A stretch of 64,000 bases of DNA from assembly GCA_043228905.1 (NCBI GenBank), contig JBHGNT010000002.1:13330001-13394000 (forward strand). The letters run 5' to 3'. The position numbers and the translations under genes were made by a program. This document shows, piece after piece, positions 1 through 11,358 of this stretch (position 1 is its first letter; each line of letters starts with the position of its first letter). Origin of the DNA: Azolla caroliniana (lineage: Eukaryota > Plantae > Polypodiophyta). A model generated the notes under the pieces. It was not told where the DNA came from. It worked only from the letters and a program-made list of their open reading frames with translations, and searched no databases.

Positions 1-3000
1 CAAATATGACCAAGGCCATACAACACATATGACTATAACACATGTTTAGACATGAGGTCTATGTGCACTTCGGGGTCCTCGTAATAGGACTTAAAGAGCC
101 GAAACCACATATGTGGGCACCAAAACATAGTTTATTGTTAACATTTTTTTCGTGTATAAACTATTCATGACATGAACATACATGGTTGAGCCTCGGGGAG
201 CTGCCATGAAAAAATCGATATAGAGATCAGGGAAAGACATTCATTTGTCACCCTCATGGTTTTTAAAACACCTTTGTGTTACCATAGTAACCTGATCTTG
301 AACCTTATCTCATACGTCTAGAGGGGTATTGACGTGAGATCATGATATCGATTAATGTTTGCCCATGATATGTTTACATCATGACATGATGTTATGACTA
401 TTTGTTTGACCTTATCCTATTTCTTTGCCAGAAATAATCATCAATGGCTCAAAATAACGACCCGATGTCATCCGCTCAAGCGGAAGGAACTCAAGCAAAT
501 CCTCCTAGACAAATGTCCATTGAGATGTATTTTTCACAAATAAGCCAATACCTTAGTTTCACCGCTCAACAGATGACCGAACTTCGGCAATCTCAAAGTG
601 CTCTTGAGTCACGTGTTATTAGTTTACAATGTGAGACTAATAGACCTCATGAGTGCTAGGGTGAACCATCATTTGTCGTTAAGCCATTCACGGGAGAAAA
701 AAAGGAAAGAACCGAAGAAGCAATATCTACGTGGCTGGGCTGATGGGAGTCCCATTTTCAGCTCTATCCCATGCCGGATAGTACGAAGATTGCATATGTC
801 AGCCGAGAACTAGGGCGTAAGGCTGCCGCCTAGTGGCGTGTGCTCCGAACTTTGGGGAAATTGCCTGATACCTAGACAGATTTTGTCACAGTTTTTAAGG
901 GCCAATTTCTGCAACCTCCCTCTCGAAGCGAGGCAACACAAGATTTAATGAACCTCTCTAGCAAGAAATTTTCTTCCCTACAAGACTATGTCCACCATGC
1001 TAGAACCCAAATAAAAAAATTAGGTCTAGAAGGGGACAATTGCTTAAAAGCTTGTTTTGTCAATGGCATTCCCAATTCGGACTATCACTAGATAGTGCAC
1101 GATAAGGATCCAAAATCCTTCGAGAGGCCGTTGAAATAGTTCTTCGCTATCAACGCACTTCGAAGAAGGACCACAACAAACCCAACGAAGCGCCCGGGAC
1201 TAAGCAGTCACAATTCGCTGGGAAAGGCAAGACACCCAACGAATTCATGGATCGTGATTGTAAGCGACAACATCCTTTTTGCGTATTCTGTAAAAAGAAG
1301 GGTCATACAAAAGAGCAATGTCGAAAGCTCCAACGGAAAGAGCACAACAACAAAGCTAAAGTTGCAAACCATAAAGGTCAGATTCCTAATGTCCTTCAAG
1401 TCTATACACATCATTTAAGTAATTGTCAATGTTCTTTCCCTCACTATGTATTGGGTCCCAATGATTTACTACATGCAAACGGGTATATCAATGGATCTCC
1501 CGTACAATTTTTGTTTGATTCGGGAAGCTCACACAACTTTGTGAATGATCGTTTGGTTCAAATATGGGGAATCCTACTCACCGTAAGTGACCACACCTAT
1601 ATGGTGCATTTGGCTGATGGAAGAGTACAATACATCAATGGGGCGATTCATTCATTAGGAATTTCTATTGATACTCATATAGAGGAAGTAGACTTCCATG
1701 TAATGAATATTTGTACCACTGATGTAATACTGGGTTATCCTTGGTTCTATAACAAAAAATCTTCTTTATCTATTGATTGGGTTCATCATTCAATAAATTT
1801 TGTACTAAACGATTGTACTCATTTTATTCAATGTGTAAAAAAACAATGCCTCTCAACTGTTTCCTCTCCATCAATATCCCAGTTGTCTTGTTCTACTCTA
1901 TTTTATTGTGAACTTGATCTGGACATTCACGTTTACAATATCGATAATGTCTCGATTCAATTAACATATTTTGAACAACAACAACTTGATGAAATCTTAA
2001 ATGATTTTCGTGATGTTTTTCCAAGTGAACTACCTCATGGGTTACCTCCTAAACATAATATAGAAAATCGTATAGATATTGTATCTGACGTTGCACCAAT
2101 AAGTATACCTCCTTATCGCTTAAGTCGATCCGAAGAGGATGAGGTATCTAAGCAACTCAAGGACTATTTATGAATGGATTATATACGTTATAGTAAATCT
2201 CCATGGGGTCCACCAGTTCTCTTGGTTAAAAAGAAAGAGGGCACATGGCGTATGTGTATTAATGACCGACGCTTGAATAAACTGAAGATCAAGAATTCAT
2301 ATCCATTGCCCCAAGCTGACGATCTAATTGACCATCTCCAGGGAGCTCAAAATTTTACGAAACTTGATCTCCATACTGGCTACCATCAAATTCGTATAAG
2401 TGAGGATGATGTTCCTAAAACGACATTTCGTACGTGCTATGGCCATTATGAGTTTTTGGTTATGACTTTTGGTTTGACCAATGCTCCGGCTACATTTCAA
2501 CAAGAAATGAATGACATTTTCCTAGAACAACTTGGAAAATTTGTCGTTATTTTCTTGGATGATATCCAGTTTATAGTTGTACATTACAGGAACATGCTAA
2601 ACATGTCCGCTTTGTTTTACAAACATTGCGTGACAAACAGTTTTATGCGAAGATCTCAAAATGTGAGTTCTTCATGAAATCAATTACTTATCTTGGACAT
2701 CTCATAACTGAATGAAGAGTTGAAATTGATCCTTCTCGCATCAAGAAAATCAAGCTTTGGCCCACTCTTCGGAATATTCGAGAAGTTCGATCATTCCTTG
2801 GTTTTGTCGAGATTTTGCGAAAATCCCTTCGTAATTACTCGCAATTGACGATGTCATTTACTGATCTTCTAAACGTCAAATGTGTAAGTCTATACAACCT
2901 ATTGTCTGGATTGCGACACTAGACCTCGCCTTCAAGGAACTCAAGGACCTGATGTGCAAGGCTCCTTCACTTCTTTTACCCGATTCTTCAAAACCTTTTG

Positions 3001-3238
3001 AGGTTGAAACCGATACAAGCGATTATGCTATAGTTGTTGTCTTATATCAAGATGGTAAACCAATAGCATTCGAGAGTAAGAAACTTGATTCTGCGCAATG
3101 TCGGTATACCGTTCTAGAAAAGTAATTATTTGTAGTTATACATGCACTCAAAACATGGCGCCATTATCTTTATGGAAATCGCTTTGTGGTAACTACAGAC
3201 CACGAGTCCTGGCAATATTTTTGTGACCAACAAGACCT
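1..3238 (+). mobile_element. Ty3/gypsy chromovirus, copy A; starts inside the 5' leader at the window edge and is 3'-truncated in RNase H
   Basis: Colinear with 10908-14157 of copy B. Degenerate gag from 444, zinc knuckle CVFCKKKGHTKEQC, protease LFDSGSSHNF, RT ([11 protein letters not shown]-like, FLDD), RNase H ETDTSD. Breaks at caagacc. Confidence 0.93.
444..3238 (+). pseudogene. Disrupted gag-pol (gag, protease, RT, partial RNase H) of chromovirus copy A
   Basis: ORF fragments 444-659, 1247-2173, 2174-2677 and 2880-3125, separated by stops and frameshifts. Confidence 0.9.
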
Positions 3239-3519
3239 TCCTTACGTTGTCGCGAAGTTTCGCACACGTGTATTACTTGGGTGGGACCACAGGGGTCTTG
3301 GATTAGGGAGTACTCAAGGGATAGAGAAGACCCGAGGTTTGCTTTATTACAATACTACTTCCCAACCCCTTCCTGAGGAAGTTCTTGTTGCCCTTTTCTT
3401 TGTGAGGCCAGTGGCTCTCGTTGATCATGACTCGTCGACTTTTTGAGATCACCACACGAGCCAAGTGACCAAATGGGTACAAGCAAGATGAGCGCGCAAG
3501 ATGAACGCACAAGGGGACG

Positions 3520-4357
3520 ATAACACAAACACGAATGTCCATACGTCTTGATGAGGAGAGGTGCATGGGCACGCCCGAACGCTCCCTCATCACAAGATGT
3601 CGAACGTACGAGGAAGACACAAAACACACGCCCAAATGCTCGTATGCCTTTATGAAGAGGAGAGCTGCATGGGCACGCCCGAAACGCTCCCTTGTCACAA
3701 GACGGCCGAACATACAAGGAAGACACAAACACACACACAAAATGCTCGTACGCCTTTATGAGGAGGAGAGGTGCATGAGCAAGCCCGAACGCTCCCTTGT
3801 CACGAGACGACCGAACGTACGAGGAAGACACAAACACACGCACAAAATGCTCATACGCCTTTATGAGGAGGAGAGATGCATGGGCACGCCCGAAACGGTC
3901 CCTCATCACAAGACGGCCGAACATACAAGGAAGACACAAACACACACAAATGCTCATACGTCTTTATGAGGATGAGAGGTGCATGGGCACGCCCGAAACA
4001 CTCCCTCATCACAAGACGGCCGAATGTACAAGGAAGACACAAACACACACACAAATGCTGGTACGCCTTTATGAGGAGGAGAGGTGCATGGCCAAGGCCG
4101 AATGGTCCCTCGTCACAAGACGACCGAACATACAAGAAAGACACAAACACACGCACAAAATGCTCGTACGCCTTTATGAGGAGGAGAGGGGCATGGGCAA
4201 ACCCAAATGGTCCCTCGTCACAAGACGGTCAAACGTACAAGAAAGACACAAACACACGAACAAATGCTTGTACATCTTTATGAGGAGGAGAGGTGCATGG
4301 GCACACCCGAAATGCTCCCTCGTCACAAGACGGCCGAACGTACAAGGAAGACACGAA
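3520..4357. repeat. Tandem array of about 8 x ~105 bp inside the LTR
   Basis: Motif gaggagaggtgcatg recurs at about 3553, 3657, 3763, 3868, 3971, 4076, 4181 and 4285. Confidence 0.93.
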
Positions 4358-5278
4358 TAAAGAAAGAAGGAGAGAAAGAAACACGAATGATATCGACCAA
4401 AGAGATAAATACGTGTTCGATTCTAACGCAAGAGGACCCTTTATAAAATAGGGTTTTGTTTACAATGGCAACTTATAGTTAACCACAAGCTTAATCAAAA
4501 CATAAATACTAAATACCCTTAGAGACAAAAGCAAATCCGAACACGGCAAAGATGAACACATGAGCACCACCAAAATGCCAATCCCAACCAACCACAAGTA
4601 CCCGAACAGCGAGCACACGGGCTCGCAACAACGAACGGGGCGGAGCAACGTCGAACCAACGAAGTTTGGGCTCACGAGCACTTCGAGTGCTGACGCGAAG
4701 AAGACGAGCACGTGGTGATGGGGGGATGAAGGGGTATGAGATGAAGAGAAGTGGTGAATAAGAAGATGAAGAGCTCCAAAGGAAAATTGGCGATAGTCTC
4801 CTCCTCCCAAAACGTCCTCCTGAATGAGCCCCCCTCGACCTCCTTTTATAGAAAAAAAAGAAGGGGGGTCGCCAATTTTGTCTTCAATGAAAAAGGAATA
4901 AAATTCCTTAAATCACGTTGCACTGTAAGACTAGATTTGAACCGTGCACCTCTAGCTAGAAGTCAATGTGACTATCTACTAGCGCATTAACTCTGTCTTA
5001 TATAATATATAATTCTATCTCCATAAATTCATAGCATGTCTCCCCTCTACCTTTTATCTCTCCTCTCTCTTACTTTTTGCATGAGCTTCTATACCTCCTT
5101 TCCTTTTTATTTTGCATATGCACAATTAATCGCCTTTGTGTGCACACACATTGCACATGCACATTTTGACCCCCCTTTCGCCGGTTTTTCCCACTCTCAA
5201 GCACGCCACATCACGACATCCACCCCCACCAAACTGCACATCCTCCGGTATGTGCCGAGAATGGCGGGCAGAGGGTGG

Positions 5279-6164
5279 TTAATTGTTCATTTCCTCCTCC
5301 TCATTGACCCCGTGGCTTGTTGTTTGCTCGCCTTTATGTTCGTCAAGGTCATCTAGGTTTGGCTCCTTGTCATGTCGCTTTTTGAAGATTTTGACCCGCT
5401 TCCTGGCTATTGGTACAGCCAGCTTAGTCCCGTCGAGTTCAACGAGATGGTAGATAGCATTATCATTTGCACTCATTACCACGTATGGCCCGAACCATCG
5501 CTTTGCAAAATTCCGCATCGAGCTATGTTGATTTTCGAGACTACTATCATATACAATCACCCAATCTCCTTCTTCGATCTTCCGAGGGTGTAGTCGGTGT
5601 GTCTTGTCGAATCGGGCTTTGTTACTTAGCCTAGCCGCTTCTAACCGCTCCTTTGCCAACTCCAAGTCTTCAGGTCTTCTCTCAAGTTGCCTTATCCTTG
5701 TGGCTAGAAGCTCTTCTCGACTCATCTCGTTTTCCCACGTCATCGCTACCCATGAAGCGATCGTGTCTTCAATGGGCATCACCGGCTTTTGTCCGTACAT
5801 GAGTTCAGCTGGCATGAAACCTGTAACTGAGCAATGAGTTGTTCTATTGGCCCAAAAGGCATAAGGTAGTAACCGAGGCCAATTCCCAACTCGCCTATCA
5901 CAAACCCCTACAATGGCTTTTACGATAGGCCCGTGTCCATGTTCTATCTTTCCATTAGCCTTCGGGTTATAAGTGGTCGTGAGAGAGAGCTTCAGTCCAA
6001 GTCGGTCAAAGAGCTCTGTAGCTTCGTGAGCGTTCAGCTCTCCTTTGTCGGCCACTGTCTTTCCCACACATCCGTACCAGCATATGACATCCTCGAGTAA
6101 GAATTTACACACCCCCGTCGTCGTTTTGTTTGCTAAGGCTCCCCCTTCTACTTGGTTTGTTAGG
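5279..6164 (-). pseudogene. Gypsy integrase C-terminal fragment
   Basis: ORF 5279-6112: ADKGEL, YNPKANGKIE, RWFGPY; homologous to the end of pol at 22438-23290. Confidence 0.9.
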
Positions 6165-6546
6165 TCTTCCTCCCAAAATGTTCTCTCGAATGAGCCCCCC
6201 TCAACCTCCTTTTATAGAAAAAAAGGAAGCGGGGTTGCCAATTTTGTCTTCAATGAAAAAGGAATAACATTCCTTAAATCACACTGCACTATAAGACTTG
6301 ATTTGAACCGTGCACCTCTAGCTAGAAGTCAATGTGACTATCCACTAGCCCATTAACTCTCTCTTGTGTAATATATAATTCTATCTCTATAAATTCATAG
6401 CCTGTCTCCCCTCTACCTTTTATCTCTCCTCTCTCTTACTTTTTGCACGAGCTTCTATACCTCCTTTCCACCCTTTCTTTTCCTTTTTATTTTGCATATG
6501 CACAATTAATCGTCTTTGTGTACACACACATTGCACATGCAAATAT

Positions 6547-6956
6547 TGTTAGGAAACAGGTCACTCCGGATGGGAAGTGAGAAGAACAGTACTGATGAGC
6601 AAACTCGGTCGAGGCCGAATCCAGATGTGGAGTACCTAGCTACGGAAGACCCGGTGAGAACTGGACAATGAGTACCCGGCTACGGAAGACCCGATGAGAA
6701 CCGGATGATGAGTACCCGGCTACGGAAGACCCGGTGAGAACCGGATGACGTGTGCCCGGCAAGCGCCGGATGATGCAGGCCCGGAGAGGAGTGCTCACCG
6801 GATGAAGGGACATATTCGTAAATATGTTTCTGAGAGTCCATCGGACCTATATTTGTAAATAGCCGAAAAGTCATATTAGTATAAATATGATTTAGGGCAA
6901 ACTTTAGTTGTTGTTCATTGTCATTCTTGTTTGCGCAAGATTAGAGCGTAACAGTG

Positions 6957-7004
<48 letters not shown>

Positions 7005-7788
7005 GAAGTTGTTGCCTCTGTTGTAACCACCGCCTGTGGCGAAGATAGCAAGCTCGAGGTTGTTGCCTCGGTGCTTTACTATTGTACATTCTGATATAGT
7101 GATAGTTTGCAGTCTGTGGACTGCCGTGGTTTTTCCCTAGTTTGGGTTTTCCACGATAACATCCTGTGTTCTCTTCTCTCCATTGTGTTGTGCAGTCATT
7201 CCCGTTTTCTGTGTTGGATTCTAAGCTTGGTTGTGGCCGAGCGTTGTTCATCGGGAGCGTGTAGTTCCTCTCAAACTGGTATCAAAGCAAAACAACACAG
7301 AAAATGGACGAATCGTTGGGAGGCATGTTCAAGCTCATCGGCTCCAACTATTCGATGTGGAAGTCGAAGATGAGGGGCATGCTCGTGGTTAAAGATCTTT
7401 GGTTGCCGGTTCAGTTCGGGGACAAGAGACCGGACAAAATCGACGCCACGATATGGGAGGTGATGCACATGAAGACAACGGTGTACATACGGTGCTTCAT
7501 CGACATGATTCTATACAACAACTTCAATGAAGAGTGTGTTGGGAGACAGGTCCCTCCAGATGGGAAGGGAGAAGAATAGTGTTGATGAACAAACTCGGCC
7601 GAGGCCGAAACCGTATGACGAGTACCCGGCTACGGAGAGCCGGATGGTGCAGACCCGGTGAGAACTGGATGAGGAGTACCCGGTTACGGAGAGTCGGATG
7701 GTGCAGACCCGGTGAGAACCGGATGAGGAGTACCCGGCTACGGAGAGCCGGATGGTGCAGACCCAGTGAGGAATGCTCACCGGATGAA
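6547..7788 (+). mobile_element. Truncated Tork/Tnt1-like copia (family of 29605-34959): LTR 6547-7273, PBS, gag start, second partial LTR 7537-7788
   Basis: TG...CA LTR, then tggtatcaaagc (tRNA-iMet-type PBS), then MDESLGGMFKLIGSNYSMWK matching the gag at 34316. The second LTR starts tgttgggagacagg. Confidence 0.88.
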
Positions 7789-8174
7789 GCTTAGGTTTGC
7801 ACAGTACGCACGGGAGAGACAGAGAGAGAGTAAACACAAAACTTAATTCAAAAAATATAATACTCAATCTGTACATAGGATGTGCTTAGTGAGCACTTTT
7901 ATACAAGCCCTGACAATCGGGCTGACACAAGTACTGACAGTACTTGACTGCTCATAAATGAGCCTTGACTCTTACTCCCAAAACTATTCCTTACGAGGAA
8001 TATCTTTCTAACGGCCTTTCGGTTTACGCACCGATACGGCCTTCCTACGCACCGGTTTACGTACCGGTTTACGCATCCTTTTACGCACCGGTCCGGTCTA
8101 ATCGATCAATCCCAACCGATACGGTCCTCGGCTTGCTCAGCCGATCCGATCGATGTTGAGCTTTTCTCTGAATA

Positions 8175-9217
8175 CTCCCCCTCAAGCTCAACCTGAGGCT
8201 CTACGGGATCTTCTGGATCACCGCTCCGGTTCCTCCTGACTCTACGCCTCGCTTGAGCTCCTTGGCTTGTTCGACTCTGCGCGCTTCGACCCTTCCGGTC
8301 GGTACGGCCCTTCACAGCTCCCTTGCTGTCGTGGTGTTGGCACTTCTCCTACTGCCTTCTTTTCCGCTTGGCCCTCGGTTGATTCAGTGTATCCGAGTCA
8401 AACATTCGAACCGACTTGGCTACCTCCGATCGGTTTTCGCTCTCGTCCGAGTTGGTTGTCTCCAACTCGTCTTCAGTCTTCTCGCCCTTGACGGCATCAT
8501 CTCCCCCATGCTTGGTTGGCTTTGGCTCTTTCTTTCAGCTGCTCCCCTTATGTCCGCTTTCGGACTCTTCCGCGGATCCGCCCTCAGCTTCTTCAGCCGA
8601 TCCGAGGTCAAATTCATCATCCGACTCGGTGCTATGGTCATTTCCGCTCCTTTCCTGCTCCCTTCCGTGGTCATCTGGGACGTCTCTCCCCCTCAAGTTC
8701 GGCACGTCGACGTGACGCAACCCAAGCGCACCCGAGAATTGCCACAACTTGTCCAGACCAAGAGGCTTGGTGAAGATGTCGGCGGTCTGCCGATCCGTCG
8801 GAACATACTGAAGTTCGACTTCACCAGAAAGGACACGCTCACGGACAAAATGGTAATGCACCTCAATGTGCTTGGTCCGTGTGTGGAAGACTGGGTTTTT
8901 CACGAGCTAGATGCTACTGAGGTTGTCGTAGTAGATCGCCGTCGGATCGGACACCTCCGCTTACAGATCCTTAAGTAGCTGCTTCAACCATATGGCTTCA
9001 CATGTCGCGACAACCGCTCCTCTATACTCAGCTTCGGTGCTCCATAGTGCAACTGTCGGCTGCTTCTTGCTACTCCACGCTATCGCGGCACTACTGACAA
9101 AGAACGCGTATCCGGACGTGGATCGGCGATCTACGGCATTGCTAGCCCAATCAGCATCAGTGTAGCCGACCAACTGCGGGGCTAGACCGGTCCGATATAG
9201 TAGTCCCCGGTCCTTAG
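8175..9217 (-). pseudogene. Copia family 1 RNase H plus acidic C-terminal extension
   Basis: GYTDADWA, SSKKQPTVAL, FHTRTKHIEVHYHF, ADIFTK (ORFs 8961-9173 and 8535-8903). Confidence 0.88.
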
Positions 9218-9662
9218 TGTTACGGGCATGACCATATAATATCTTGTGGTGAGAATTTACCGTAGTATTCTATACACGTGGATAAGTGTGTGGGTTAAAC
9301 GAGAGTGTAAAGAAGGGGAGGATTACTTTTAATCCTCGGGATTGAGACAACCCATTAGGTCAAGTGTGAACTTGCCTGGGGGCCTTGGGTATCGCTATAA
9401 ATAAGAGGCCTAGCTACCCTCATTTCATCATCTTTTGACTACATCGAGACTCTGCTCTTGTGGTGGGTCAACTCTTGTAGCGAGCGCGCCCGCACCAGGT
9501 ACGACTCGACACCATGGCGGTGGTATGGGACGCCGATCGAGGCTCGAGTCCGTCTCGATCCCTTCGCTCGGGTGGATTGGCACCCTTCTTTCTCTTTCTC
9601 CTTTCTATCTATCATTAGTTTATCCTTATCTTAAGCTTACTTTAGTACCTAGATCTCTAATA
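9218..9662 (+). repeat. 5' LTR of chromovirus copy B (TG...TA)
   Basis: Direct repeat of 15778-16222; contains ctataaata. Confidence 0.95.
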
Positions 9663-11358
9663 TTTTGTTTCAGAGCTATGTACTAATGTTTCTTTGTTTG
9701 TCTTTTCTCTTTTGATTGATGGTGATCGATCGATGTGCGGTCGGCCTTGATCTAGACAACGATCAACAAAGAACTTCAGTAACTCTTTCCGTAATTTTTT
9801 ATTCTATTCTCTCTTCTCCCATCTAATCATGTGTTTAGTTTATACGTCTTTTTTTTTTTTTTCATTAAGTCAATGATGTTGAAGTGGTCTTTAATTGATT
9901 ATCTAAAACGTTTACATATGTGCACGAGGTCAATACCTCGTTTGACATATAAATAATATGTGATGAGTGTCGTATGCGTACGAGGTTAATACCTCAATTA
10001 CATATTACGTTCACGAACATATGTTACGTTTGCGTATGAGTTTAATACCTTGATTTGTTGTTAAAGATATGTGTTTGGTCTCATATGCGTAAGAGGTCAA
10101 CACCTCAATTGCGTATTACGATGATCTCTTATTTGTGGATGTTTCGTGTGCGTAGAGGTATATACCTCGATTACATATCTCAATCACATCATTTGTGGCT
10201 ATTTAATATAACGATATGTTTAATATAGTCATATGTGGTCACGTATATATGTATTTCATCGTATATATGTGATAAGTAAACATATGTGTATATTCCTTAT
10301 TACGTGATTATATCGAAAGTTGTCCTTGTCGGGAAAAGGATGTTGGTGGCCGTCCTCACATTTTTATGAGAATGGCGTTGTCACCATCCCTTTTTCAACA
10401 ATTTTTTATTGTTGACAACCCCGTTGATGACCTCGATTTCGTTACGTAAAGAAATGCCTATAGCCATAATGATGTTGAGTACATAGGGCTTGACCCACTT
10501 CAAGTGACGTCGCTCCAATGACACACGTATCCAACATCCCTCCCTCGTTACATGGATACGATGCCACCATGAGCTCGTTCTTACGAGAGGCATTCGTAAT
10601 GACGTGACCATGTGATGGGCCACATGGGCCTACTATGAAACGAGGGCTCATTTGGCTTGACCATTAGGTTGCACTTTGGCGTATGCCATCGTAATTACGA
10701 GACTTGCGGTTAGGTAACGTACCAACATAGTTTTGGTAAATGAGGGCGAAATAAGGACCCTTGACATATATGTTCTTTTAAAAAAAAACATATATGATCA
10801 AATTCCTCGCATATCTCTTACACGCATCAAACATTAAGCATTCGAGAAGAGCAACTCACTTGGTTGGCTCAAGTGTTTAATGTATTTGTTCTCGAGGTCT
10901 CGAGTTCAAATATGACCAAGACCATACAACATCCTTGATACATATGACTATAACACATGTTTAGATTTAAGGTCTAAGTTCACCTCGGGGTCCTCGTAAT
11001 AGGACTTAAAGAGCCGAAACCACATATGTGGGCAAAGAAACATAGTTTATTGTTAACATTTTTTTCGTGTATAAACTAATCATGATGCGAACATACATGG
11101 TTGAGCCTCGGGGAGCCGCCATGAAAAAATCGATATAGAGATTAGGGAAAGACATTAAATTGTCACCCCCATGGTTTTTAAAACACCTTTGTGTTACCAT
11201 AGTAACCTGATCTTGAACCTCATCTCATACGTCTAGAGGGGTATTGACGTGAGATCATGATATCGATTAATGTTTGCCCATGATAAGTTTACATCACGAC
11301 ATGATGTAATGACAATCTCTCTGACCTTATCCTATTTCTTTTCCAGAAATAATCTTTA

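Larger units (their letters stand above)
3248..6546 (-). mobile_element. Internally deleted Ty3/gypsy element, same lineage as 21264-29264: 3' LTR 3248-5218, PPT, integrase C-terminal part, partial 5' LTR ~6165-6546
   Basis: LTR termini TGTCGCG...CACGACA, followed by tccacccccacc (PPT on minus) as at 22398. Integrase fragment homologous to 22438-23290. Sequence ~6165-6540 repeats ~4797-5160. Confidence 0.85.

Noticed and set aside
3303-4446. Many overlapping 60-200 aa ORFs on both strands
   Set aside because: They are translations of the 105-bp tandem array; unit lengths vary by non-multiples of 3.
9915-10180. CRISPR-like repeat-spacer appearance
   Set aside because: Repeats are short and degenerate, spacers are partly homologous, the context is a plant retrotransposon leader, and there are no cas genes.
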